Positions 27,600-35,814 of a stretch of 35,814 nucleotides of DNA are shown in pieces; position 1 is the stretch's first letter; each line of letters opens with the position of its first letter. The stretch is taken from the sequence record NC_026014.1; one strand, given 5' to 3'. The position numbers were made by a program, and so were the translations under genes. The stretch comes from Escherichia phage P88. The notes under the pieces are model-generated. The model searched no databases. It saw only the letters and a program-made list of their open reading frames with translations, and was not told the origin of the DNA.

Positions 27600-28094
27600 T
27601 CAGAACAGCCCTTTAACTGAACTGGCCGCGCTGTTAAGGGATGATGTCACCTTATCTTTGAAGCCGGACAGCATATCGCTGAACGATGAGGATTGCAGGC
27701 GCTCCCGCAAATCCTCATCACAGCGTTCAAGGGTCAGTGAAAATTCTATCTTTTTCGCCTTACCGTAGCGATCAAACTCGGAACGGGTCGTATTCGTTCC
27801 GGTCAGGACATACATGCCGTAAATCTGCCCGACGCCATCAATCAAAGGCCAGGGTCGTCCTGTATACGCCTGCGTGGTCAGCAGCGACAGCGACACTTCG
27901 CCACCTGTAATTTCAGGATAAAGCACACCAGAAAGAACGATGCGATCATCACCTGCACCGATATACTGCCAGCTTGCTGAACGGTTAACGCGTTCATTTT
28001 TCACATGCCGCCAGCTTTTGTTTTGCTGTAACTGCTGATGCGGCAGCGTGCGCAGCTCAAAAACAAACATGCCGTAGATCATCATCATGGCCAT
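27600..28094 (-). CDS. U: Tail protein U (P2 gpU-like)
   Basis: 164 aa; FVFELRTLPHQQLQQ...YPEITGGEVSL...PLIDGVGQIYGMYV...KIEFSLTL pattern of P2 U. Confidence 0.88.
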   Translation of the reverse strand: MAMMMIYGMFVFELRTLPHQQLQQNKSWRHVKNERVNRSASWQYIGAGDDRIVLSGVLYPEITGGEVSLSLLTTQAYTGRPWPLIDGVGQIYGMYVLTGTNTTRSEFDRYGKAKKIEFSLTLERCDEDLRERLQSSSFSDMLSGFKDKVTSSLNSAASSVKGLF

Positions 28095-28100
28095 GACTCC

Positions 28101-30944
28101 TCAATCTTTATCGTAAAAACTGCCACGCCCGGCACGGGCGCGCCGTTCCATTTCTGCCCTGACCATTTCACCGACCAGTTTCGCCAGTTCGCGGGGATTC
28201 TGTGTAACAACGTTATGCAGATGAACATGAATTTCACCGCCAAATCCGGAGGCAACAGGCTCCCGGTTACGGGAAGTTGCAGGAACTGATGCCACTGGCG
28301 ATCGTATGGCCTCTGCCACCGGGCGAGAGCTGGCCGCAACAACAGGGACCAGCGCCGGAGGCAGCGGAGCCGGAACCACAGGTGTGATATTAATTGCGGG
28401 GGCAGGCTTACTGACCTGCGCAATCTTCCGCTCCTGCCACTCCCCACGAACGGCAAGTGCGCGGGGCAGGTTCTTAAAGACAATATCGCCAGGGCCAATA
28501 CGTTTTTTCGTCTCATCAACCAGCTTACCTGTGTTATCAGCAATTTTGCTGAGTCTGCGTAGCGTACCGGTATTGCTGTCTGTGAGCGGTTTGTTGTCTT
28601 TGGGTTTATCACCTCCGGTGCCATTGCCATTTTCCACAGGCTTCGGCGGATTGATTTTCGCCAGGTCCCCCTGAAGCAAGGCAACCTTGTCCTGAAGAAT
28701 GGCCGCACGCTGTGCGTCTTCGATTTTCTTGCGCGCCCTTTCCGCTTCATCCGGAAGCACACCGAGCTTTTCAAGTATCCACGCCAGCGTATCCAGCAAC
28801 ATTTTTGCAGGTGTCAGAACAAGTTGTAACGCACCGCCAAGAACGTTACCGAATATCTCGCCAGCACTGGTACATTTATCCAGCGTTTCCTTGCTGGACT
28901 CCATCGGTGACAGCAGCGATTTAAACCAGTTAAACACCTGGCTGATCCCACTCCCGATTGCGTCAAAAACAGGACCAAACCGTTCAAAGGTTTCGCGCAA
29001 CGGGGTCAGCCTTTCCATAATCCCGCTGAACACCCCGGCAAAAAATGCCCTGATGGGATCCCAGTATTTCCAGATAAGAACGGCAGCTCCGGCAAGCGCA
29101 GCCACGATAAGACCAACCGGACTGAACAACGCCCCGATAGCGCCTCCCAGTAAAGAAACGGAACCCGTCACCATTCCCCACAGCGCAGGCAACACCCTGA
29201 CGACATTCATTGACCGGGTAAGAATGTCAAAACCAAGACGCAGGGTGGCCAGCTTCCCGTAAAGCACCCCAATAACCAGCGACAACGAGCCAATCGTTGC
29301 AGTCATTGCCAGCAGTGCACCGCCTGCAATCAGTAGCTGGCGCGTCAGTGCGGGATGGGCCTGCGCCAGCGCCGTCACCTTTGATACCACACGCGTGAGC
29401 CACTGCGTGACAGAACGCAGCGGACCGTCAATCAGATCTGCAATGCGGATGCGCAACCCTTCCCATGCACTGCTGAGTGATTTCAGATCGCCGTCAAGGT
29501 TGTTGGCCATAACCTTTGCCGTGCGTTCAGCCTCACCGCGCGCGCCTTCAAGTTCTTTTCTCAGTTTGGGTAAGGAGCCGTCACCTGCCGCATCAACGAG
29601 GGCCATAAATGATGTGAAAGCCTCTTCTCCGGCAATGTCCTTAAAGAACGATACCCGGTCAACTTCCCCGTATTTGCGGGTAGCTTTATAAAGGTCAGCC
29701 AGCACATCCTCCATCGGGCGCATTTTGCCCCCGGCATCCGAGACAGACACGCCAAGCTCTTTCAGCGCCTCTGCTGCCGCCTTTGGCGGTGATGCCAGAC
29801 GAGCCAGGCTGGCACGCATTGCCGTCCCGGCATCACTCCCTCTGATACCCATATTCGCCAGCACGCCCGCCATCGCTGCGGCCTGCTCCAGCGATATTCC
29901 CAGCTTACCCGCCACCGGACCTGCATATTTCATGGTTTCGCCCAGCGCGCGAAGGTCAGTGTTAGTACGGGTAAACGCTGCTGTAAGCGTGTCACCGACC
30001 CGGTCCATCTGGTCAGCGGAGAGGCCGAACTGCGTCAGGATATTTGAGCCAATATCCGCCGTCTCGCCAAGGTCCATACCGCCAGCCGTTGCCATGCTCA
30101 GCACGCCCGGAAGCGCAGCCTGAATGGCCTGCGGTGTGAAGCCAGCCATTGCAAGAAATGCCTGCCCACTGGCGGCATCGCCTGCGGTGAACTGCGTTTC
30201 AGAGCCAAGTTTTAACGCCTGCTCACGCAGCGCCTTAAACTGCGGGCTGTTTTTGTCGATTCGCGTCAGTGCCTGAACGCGGGACATCTCTTTCCCGAAC
30301 CCGATCGCAGGCTGCAAAAAACGCCCGGCAGCATAGCCGCCCGCCGCTGCCGCACCAATTGCCAGCGCACCACCTGTTTTCAGTTTTCCCGCTGTTTCCT
30401 GCGCGCGCGAATACCGCTCACGCGCCCGCGTTACACGCGCAAGCGCCTGCCGTTCGCGTTCAAGCTGGTTGTTGTATTGTTCGGTGCGTCTGATGGCCTG
30501 CTGGATGGTGTTATCGCTGCCTGTCAGGGAAATGCCGTGGCGTTTCAGCTCTCCGCCAAGCTCCCGCATTTTCTGAATTTCCCGTGTGCGCGATTCATTC
30601 AGGCGTTCAAGCCGGGTGCTTAACTGCTGCATCAGCTTTTGTTGTTTTTCGCTGAGCACTGTACCCGTGCGTTGTAACTGATTAAGGGCGTTAAGCTGGC
30701 GTCGTGCTTTCACGATACCCGCATCCGCTTTACTGACAGCGTCGCGGGCGCGCTCAAATGAACGCGCCTGACGCTCGAGATTTTTGATCGCCCCCTGCGT
30801 TCGCTGGATGGAGTCACCAAACTGCCCCATCAGGCGGCGTGCGTTTTCGGCAGGTCGGGTCAGCCTGTCAACGGCGCTGAAAGCGACCCGGATATCAAGA
30901 GTCTTCATTGTCTGCATTCCCGCTGCGAAGTGCCGCCCGCTCAC
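28101..30944 (-). CDS. T: Tail tape measure protein (P2 gpT-like)
   Basis: 947 aa; N-terminal coiled-coil, central Gly/Ala-rich hydrophobic segments, downstream of E/E'. Confidence 0.93.
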   Translation of the reverse strand: MSGRHFAAGMQTMKTLDIRVAFSAVDRLTRPAENARRLMGQFGDSIQRTQGAIKNLERQARSFERARDAVSKADAGIVKARRQLNALNQLQRTGTVLSEKQQKLMQQLSTRLERLNESRTREIQKMRELGGELKRHGISLTGSDNTIQQAIRRTEQYNNQLERERQALARVTRARERYSRAQETAGKLKTGGALAIGAAAAGGYAAGRFLQPAIGFGKEMSRVQALTRIDKNSPQFKALREQALKLGSETQFTAGDAASGQAFLAMAGFTPQAIQAALPGVLSMATAGGMDLGETADIGSNILTQFGLSADQMDRVGDTLTAAFTRTNTDLRALGETMKYAGPVAGKLGISLEQAAAMAGVLANMGIRGSDAGTAMRASLARLASPPKAAAEALKELGVSVSDAGGKMRPMEDVLADLYKATRKYGEVDRVSFFKDIAGEEAFTSFMALVDAAGDGSLPKLRKELEGARGEAERTAKVMANNLDGDLKSLSSAWEGLRIRIADLIDGPLRSVTQWLTRVVSKVTALAQAHPALTRQLLIAGGALLAMTATIGSLSLVIGVLYGKLATLRLGFDILTRSMNVVRVLPALWGMVTGSVSLLGGAIGALFSPVGLIVAALAGAAVLIWKYWDPIRAFFAGVFSGIMERLTPLRETFERFGPVFDAIGSGISQVFNWFKSLLSPMESSKETLDKCTSAGEIFGNVLGGALQLVLTPAKMLLDTLAWILEKLGVLPDEAERARKKIEDAQRAAILQDKVALLQGDLAKINPPKPVENGNGTGGDKPKDNKPLTDSNTGTLRRLSKIADNTGKLVDETKKRIGPGDIVFKNLPRALAVRGEWQERKIAQVSKPAPAINITPVVPAPLPPALVPVVAASSRPVAEAIRSPVASVPATSRNREPVASGFGGEIHVHLHNVVTQNPRELAKLVGEMVRAEMERRARAGRGSFYDKD

Positions 30945-31424
30945 GCCAGCTAACCACTTCGCCGGGCGTCATCATGAAGATTTCGGCGGGCGACCAGTTA
31001 AAAATAACGGCAATATCTGCCACAAAGTCTTCTATGTGCTCAAAGCACACAACCGTGATCAGGCTTCCGTCGCCTGTTCGTTCTTCCCGCCAGAGTCCGC
31101 ACCGCTCAAAAAATTTACGGCAACCACACATAACTGAATAAAGTCACGGGATGCCATTTTTTTGATCGTCACTTCATCCAGTCGCGGTGATGTCACGCGT
31201 GACAGCAGCGTAAACATGGATTCCGCTTTCAGACTCAGCACATCAGACAGCGACAAATCTCGCAGAGATCCAGCCTGCTCAATAGCCCCGGTGATCTCCA
31301 CATACGTGATTTTTTCGCCGCTTCGCTCAATTGGTTGGGTAAGTTTTACGCCACGCTCACTGGTTTCTTTCACAGTGTCAGTAACTACCGTGTTTTCGGT
31401 ATCGATGTTTTTCGTCTCTTTCAT
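30895..31424 (-). CDS. E+E' frameshift product (programmed -1 frameshift)
   Basis: The E' ORF (30895..31131) is in the -1 frame relative to E and overlaps the T start; shift expected at ATC-AAA-AAA-ATG as in P2 E/E' and lambda G/GT. Confidence 0.6.
31059..31424 (-). CDS. E: Tail assembly chaperone E (P2 gpE-like)
   Basis: 121 aa between tube gene and tape measure; slippery A7 run in the mRNA (plus-strand T7 at about 31157..31163) near its 3' end. Confidence 0.85.
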   Translation of the reverse strand: MKETKNIDTENTVVTDTVKETSERGVKLTQPIERSGEKITYVEITGAIEQAGSLRDLSLSDVLSLKAESMFTLLSRVTSPRLDEVTIKKMASRDFIQLCVVAVNFLSGADSGGKNEQATEA

Positions 31425-31478
31425 CAGGAAACTCCTTTCAGTCAGAGGCGACGCACTGCGCCGCCTGCATATTACTTA

Positions 31479-31991
31479 TCAGCCAAGCCCAAGCGCGGAA
31501 CGGATGCGATCGGGCACAATGTCCTTGCCGTCCTTCCGGTAAATGAAGTTCAGCAAGTCAATCTCCCACAACGGGCGATCGTTAACACTCAGCTTGTAGT
31601 AGGTGTTTTTAATGGCATAAGTGTGTGATGTGGCTTCGCCCTGTTTGGCTTCCCCCATATCAATTTCCGTCACACGTCCGCGCATTTCGACTTCATACAG
31701 GTCGCTTTCTGCATCGGTGTAGTATTCACCCGCAAAACGCAGCAGTGTGCCGTCAATCGTGCCGCCATACTTAAGGAACAGCTCACGAACTGCGCCCCCC
31801 ATGACAAAGCTCGCATCAAGCGCGGAGTCGTCCAGGCCGAGATCAATACTTACCGCCCCCATCATGCCACCACCCCGGTAGCTGTCGGTTTTGCGCGTCA
31901 GCTTAGGCAGAGTGACGGACGTCACCTTACCCACTTCGTTTTCACCATCCACAAACAGCGTAAAAAAGCGAAGATGTTTTGGCACAGCCAT
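31479..31991 (-). CDS. FII: Tail tube protein (P2 gpFII-like)
   Basis: 170 aa directly after the sheath gene (TGATG overlap). Confidence 0.92.
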   Translation of the reverse strand: MAVPKHLRFFTLFVDGENEVGKVTSVTLPKLTRKTDSYRGGGMMGAVSIDLGLDDSALDASFVMGGAVRELFLKYGGTIDGTLLRFAGEYYTDAESDLYEVEMRGRVTEIDMGEAKQGEATSHTYAIKNTYYKLSVNDRPLWEIDLLNFIYRKDGKDIVPDRIRSALGLG

Positions 31992-33175
31992 CAGGCACCT
32001 CCCAGCACCGCAAATGCGGGTTCAAAGTATTCATCAGTAAACGTCTGGTAAAGCTCCATGTCTTCCAGTGGCGGAACGGGCGTATATTTGTAGCGAATAC
32101 GCACACGTCCCTGACGTAAATCCGTGGTGCTGTTATCCACCACGTCATACCAGCACTCCGCGCCAATCAGTTTCCCGGCAGTAACCAGTGAATCCAGTTT
32201 TGCCCTGATGGCACTGATAACATCCTTCACGTTCGCAGGCGTCAGTGGACTGTCGATGGTTTCAAACTGCGCTTCCGCAATTGAATCAGCCAGCACCTGT
32301 GCGGTTCGGGTATACACCTCAAAGATGTAGGCGTTCGTTTCCGGTGTGCGGTTGCCCCAGAAGCGGAACCCGTTGCGACGAATAATGGTCGTGATTTCTT
32401 TGTTGTTGAGGCTGTTGGCATCGCTGTCTTCGGCCTGCAACGACCAGAACACATGCCTCGACATCCCCAGCACATTTTTAACCGGAACGTTGGACAGTGA
32501 TTTGTGCCATCCCTGCTCATGGTCAATGTACGCACGAAGGCCGCACGCATAGGCAGACGCGGGGAACGTTTCGTTTTTGCCACTTTTCGGGTTGTAGGCG
32601 ATGAAGTCCGGCCATAAGAGCATCACCTCACGTTCGTTGAATTTCTGGCGGTAGGTAATCGCCTCAGCCATCGTGTTACAGCCGTGACATGAGGCATACA
32701 CAAACGCGCGCAGTTTACCTGCAATCACGCACAGGGATTTTGTTACAGCCTCCGTGTCCAGCTCCGGCGCGGCCAGAATACGCGGACGGTATCCGATGCT
32801 TTCATCCTGCTCTGCAACAAGCAGCGCATACATCCCCGTATAGCTGCCGTCATCCTCAGAACCACCGATAACCAGTTGATCCTGCGTCTTTCCGTCTTCT
32901 TCTTTGTGTTCAGCCACGCGAACGACGATCACCTTTGTGCTCACCTGGTCTGCGATGGCCTTAAGCGCACGATAAAGCGTCCCCGTTGTCCCGCATTTTC
33001 CCAGCACGTCATTGACGCGGGTCAGCAGTGTGGGCTTGTTCAGCGGGAACAGCTTCGCGTCCGCATCATCCGCCGTTGCCACGATACCGATAACGCTGGA
33101 ATCAACATCGTTAATCGCTGTTACCAGGTCGGTATTTTCCGTAACACGGGCACCATGAAAACGAGTTTCACTCAT
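31991..33175 (-). CDS. FI: Contractile tail sheath protein (P2 gpFI-like)
   Basis: 394 aa, P2 FI-like size; first gene of the sheath-tube-chaperone-tape measure operon. Confidence 0.93.
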   Translation of the reverse strand: MSETRFHGARVTENTDLVTAINDVDSSVIGIVATADDADAKLFPLNKPTLLTRVNDVLGKCGTTGTLYRALKAIADQVSTKVIVVRVAEHKEEDGKTQDQLVIGGSEDDGSYTGMYALLVAEQDESIGYRPRILAAPELDTEAVTKSLCVIAGKLRAFVYASCHGCNTMAEAITYRQKFNEREVMLLWPDFIAYNPKSGKNETFPASAYACGLRAYIDHEQGWHKSLSNVPVKNVLGMSRHVFWSLQAEDSDANSLNNKEITTIIRRNGFRFWGNRTPETNAYIFEVYTRTAQVLADSIAEAQFETIDSPLTPANVKDVISAIRAKLDSLVTAGKLIGAECWYDVVDNSTTDLRQGRVRIRYKYTPVPPLEDMELYQTFTDEYFEPAFAVLGGA

Positions 33176-33332
33176 AGCTTCAGCCCCTTGTATCCGTTAA
33201 ATGATTCGGCAACAATCATCACCCACCACGCGCGTAATCTCACCCCTGCGCCGTTCTCCCGCCACGGCGACAACAAAAAGCAGTAACCCCCTCCGCACGC
33301 ACATGCGACCATGCCGCACAGGGAGGGAACAG
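33176..33332. promoter_or_regulatory. Divergent intergenic region between FI and D (expected late promoters)
   Basis: 157-bp gap between divergently transcribed FI and D; D has a GGGAGGGA SD. No promoter consensus verified. Confidence 0.3.
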
Positions 33333-34433
33333 ATGACCGATACCACCATGCAATTGCTCAGTCAGGGCACAGACCCCGTGAAAATGCCGGATTTTGATAT
33401 TCTCGCGGAGGGTAAAACGCTGTCAGGCGTGGCAGAGCGCCTGATGAGCCTGTCACTGACCGACAACCGGGGATTTGAAGCGGACCAGCTCACCATCACG
33501 CTGGATGATGCGGATGGTCAGTTGCAGCTACCGCCACGGGGCGCGCGCCTGACGGTTCTCATTGGCTGGAAAGGAGAACCGCTGACAGAAAAAGGCACTT
33601 ACATTGTTGATGAAATCGCTCACGAAGGACCGCCGGACAGGCTGACTGTTTCAGCCAGAAGCGCAGATTTTCGGGATGAATTTAACGTTAAACGTGAGGT
33701 GTCCTGGCATGATGTGACCGTTGAGCGTGTGGTATCCGCCATCGCTCATCGGTATGGTCTGAAACCGCAAATCAGCGAAATGCTGATGGATATCGAAATC
33801 GACCACGCCGACCAGACCGAAGAAAGCGACATGTCCTTCCTTACGCGCATGGCGGAAATGCTGGGCGCAATCACCACGGTAAAAAGCGGTAATCTGTTAT
33901 TCATCATGCCCGGTGGTGGCGTGAACGCACAGGGCCAGCCGTTGCCATCGTTCGCCATCACACGCAGCAGCGGCGATCGCCATCAGTTCCGCATTGCTGA
34001 CCGCGAGGCGTATACGGGTGTACGCGCCTACTGGCTTGATCTTAATTACGGGAAAAAGAAAAAAGTCAGCGTGAAACGCCGCAAACCGAAAAAAGAGAAA
34101 AGCAGCAGCCGTGAAGGTGACTATATGGAAGGTGCGGAAGGCAACGTGTTTGTGTTACGCAAGACTTATCAGAACGAGCAGGCAGCAAGACGCGCAGCGG
34201 CGGCAAAGTGGCAGCAGCTACAACGCGGAGCCGCATCATTCTCCATCACACTGGCACGTGGACGCGCAGAACTCTACCCCGAAATGCATGGCACGGTAAC
34301 AGGATTTAAAAGCGAGATTGATAATCAGGACTGGATTATTGCAAAAGCCGAGCACACCATTGATAACAGTGGCTTTACCACACAGCTTGAGCTTGAGGCA
34401 AAAATCCCGGAATGGATAGCGGAAACAGAGTGA
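33333..34433 (+). CDS. D: Tail protein D (P2 gpD-like)
   Basis: 366 aa from the internal ATG with strong SD (track ORF starts at 33201); sits before ogr as in P2. Confidence 0.88.
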   Translation: MTDTTMQLLSQGTDPVKMPDFDILAEGKTLSGVAERLMSLSLTDNRGFEADQLTITLDDADGQLQLPPRGARLTVLIGWKGEPLTEKGTYIVDEIAHEGPPDRLTVSARSADFRDEFNVKREVSWHDVTVERVVSAIAHRYGLKPQISEMLMDIEIDHADQTEESDMSFLTRMAEMLGAITTVKSGNLLFIMPGGGVNAQGQPLPSFAITRSSGDRHQFRIADREAYTGVRAYWLDLNYGKKKKVSVKRRKPKKEKSSSREGDYMEGAEGNVFVLRKTYQNEQAARRAAAAKWQQLQRGAASFSITLARGRAELYPEMHGTVTGFKSEIDNQDWIIAKAEHTIDNSGFTTQLELEAKIPEWIAETE

Positions 34434-34475
34434 GGAACTTAGAATAGCGACAGCACCACGTTAAGGGAGGTCGCT

Positions 34476-34736
34476 ATGTTCCGTTGTCCGCTTTGTGGCG
34501 CATCTGCCCGTATCCGCACCAGTCGTCCGGAAAATGATTCAAACACCGTGCGGCAAAAGTATTACCAGTGTAACAACCTGGAATGCGGCGTATGCTTCTC
34601 AACACTGGAAGCTTTCCATAAATTTACATCGAAACACGCCTCCGGCGTTCACTCATCAGAAGGTATCCCATGGCATGATCTGCCAGCTTCACACAGGGGA
34701 AACAATCAGATGAGTTTGCCTTTACCTCAGAATTAA
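34476..34736 (+). CDS. ogr: Late transcription activator Ogr/Delta family (zinc finger)
   Basis: N-terminus MFRCPLCGASARIRTSR...YYQCNNLECGVCF matches P2 Ogr (MFHCPLCQHAAHARTSR...YHQCQNVNC...) with the C-x2-C ... C-x4-C pattern. Confidence 0.88.
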   Translation: MFRCPLCGASARIRTSRPENDSNTVRQKYYQCNNLECGVCFSTLEAFHKFTSKHASGVHSSEGIPWHDLPASHRGNNQMSLPLPQN

Positions 34737-34927
34737 CAGGCAGAATTGCCGGAGTAACAAAAAAGCGATAGATTACGCGCGGGTGCCTTTCGGCTGATGG
34801 TCGGAGGGAATACCCGAAGGCCAGATGTGGAAAGGCCCCGGAAAACATTTCTGTTTAACCGAGGCCCTAACATATCTACCTTAAGCAAGTGATAGGTTAG
34901 CGCCTCTCCAACAAAGGAGCAAGCGCT

Positions 34928-35068
34928 ATGTCGCAAAAATCGCTTACGGCCATCACGTTCTGCGTGACGGTAATCCTCATCATCTGGATGCTGCACGGTT
35001 CGCTGTGTGAAATACGGATGAGCTTTTGGGGAGCGGAGTTTGCGGCGTTCTTACAGTGTAAGCAGTAA
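34928..35068 (+). CDS. Hok/Gef-family type I toxin (46 aa)
   Basis: My translation: MSQKSLTAITFCVTVILIIWMLHGSLCEIRMSFWGAEFAAFLQCKQ; one TM helix then the LCE(I/V)R...E(V/F)AAF motif of Hok/Gef; AAGGAG SD 8 nt upstream; below the ORF-track cutoff. Confidence 0.7.
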   Translation: MSQKSLTAITFCVTVILIIWMLHGSLCEIRMSFWGAEFAAFLQCKQ

Positions 35069-35145
35069 GGAAACCGCGACGGGGGAGCAATCCCCCGTCA
35101 ATCGGTTGCTAAGGTTGGCTGAAGTGGCACCCTATCTCTCAGACA

Positions 35146-35178
35146 TGAACAACAAACCCGCAGCGTAAAAACTGCGGG
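35146..35178 (+). terminator. Rho-independent terminator downstream of the hok-like gene
   Basis: Stem ACCCGCAG / CTGCGGGT then TTTCTTTTT. Confidence 0.7.
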
Positions 35179-35424
35179 TTTTCTTTTTCCTGCGCACTCA
35201 CGATTTGCGACATTTACAAATATGCGGGGGATAATCAGCACCACCATTAGGCGGACGACAGCGATAAATCCGGTTCAAGCCTAATCGCCACCCTTCAAAA
35301 AAAACCAAAGCGCCTTATTGCAATCAAGGTATAAGCCGAGCAGCTTGGAGTATAACGACATCTGTTACGAATGCTTGCTGGCGCATGGGCGCGATAATAA
35401 AGAATCAGGCGAATACTAACCCAT

Positions 35425-35667
35425 TTAAACATCTGGCACTTTTTTTCGAAAAGTAATCACATAGTACTGAAAAACCTGTGCCTTTCCGCCATTGAAACAT
35501 CCTGGCTGCTCTTCAATACCAATGGTATCAACTCGCTGAAACTCCCAACCTTCAGCAGCCTGCTCATTGACCACCCCCTGAAGATATGCAGCAGCTACGC
35601 CAGACTTATTATCCTTGGCTTTTACAGAAATATTAGGCGGCACCTGAATCATTTTATAGGTATACAT
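35425..35667 (-). CDS. Small conserved hypothetical protein (DUF4177-like guess)
   Basis: 80 aa from the internal ATG with AAGGAG SD; the track's longer ORF starts at a GTG with no SD. Family assignment is a guess. Confidence 0.45.
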   Translation of the reverse strand: MYTYKMIQVPPNISVKAKDNKSGVAAAYLQGVVNEQAAEGWEFQRVDTIGIEEQPGCFNGGKAQVFQYYVITFRKKVPDV

Positions 35668-35814
35668 TACCTGAGCTCCTTTAATAAAAAAGACAGTAAT
35701 AAACGCCCCTAAAACAGCCCGCACATCACGGCGCGGGCTTTAGTTCACTATGGCAATATGTGGACAATGCGAAAAATAATCCATTATTTTTCATTGCATT
35801 ACAGCAGTTTTCGT

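Larger units (their letters stand above)
108..34736. mobile_element. P2-like prophage (integrase through ogr); exact att boundaries not resolved
   Basis: Complete co-linear set of P2 gene homologues in prophage order: int, C, cox, A, Q, P, O, N, M, L, X, Y, lysis, R, S, V, W, J, I, H, G, FI, FII, E, T, U, D, ogr. Confidence 0.85.

Noticed and set aside
28306-30123. Multiple plus-strand ORFs inside tape measure gene T
   Set aside because: Antisense to a well-supported 947-aa tape measure gene; low-complexity translations.
35425-35724. Longer 99-aa form of the right-flank small protein
   Set aside because: The first start is a GTG without an SD, whereas the internal ATG at 35667 has a strong AAGGAG site; the shorter form is preferred.

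Overview
The window is essentially one complete P2-like (Peduovirus-type) temperate myovirus prophage of an enterobacterial host, about 34.7 kb, running from a tyrosine integrase (108..1139, minus strand) to the late activator ogr (34476..34736). All calls are from reading the ORF translations and the DNA by eye; no database search or folding program was run. Layout: int, C repressor and cox switch; an early operon of small overlapping genes ending in an SPFH/Band-7 lipoprotein; rolling-circle replication initiator A; a cargo cluster at the canonical P2 tin/old position (ParM-like actin ATPase, ParR-like adaptor, a small protein with a ClpX-type zinc-binding domain, one more small ORF); a putative cos region; then Q-P / O-N-M-L capsid and packaging genes, X, holin, M15-peptidase endolysin, spanins, R-S-V-W-J-I baseplate genes, tail fibre H and chaperone G. 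The tail fibre C-terminus sits in a roughly 3.1 kb Gin/Cin/Hin-type invertible segment with 26-bp inverted crossover sites and a serine invertase. The tail block FI-FII-E/E'-T-U is on the opposite strand to D and ogr, unlike canonical P2. A Hok/Gef-family type I toxin gene lies just beyond ogr. The best candidates for an undescribed system are the cargo cluster between A and Q (especially the ClpX zinc-finger mimic next to a type II partition module) and the SPFH lipoprotein cassette in the early operon. No tRNA, rRNA or CRISPR array was seen. Coordinates of non-coding sites were counted by hand and may be off by a base or two.
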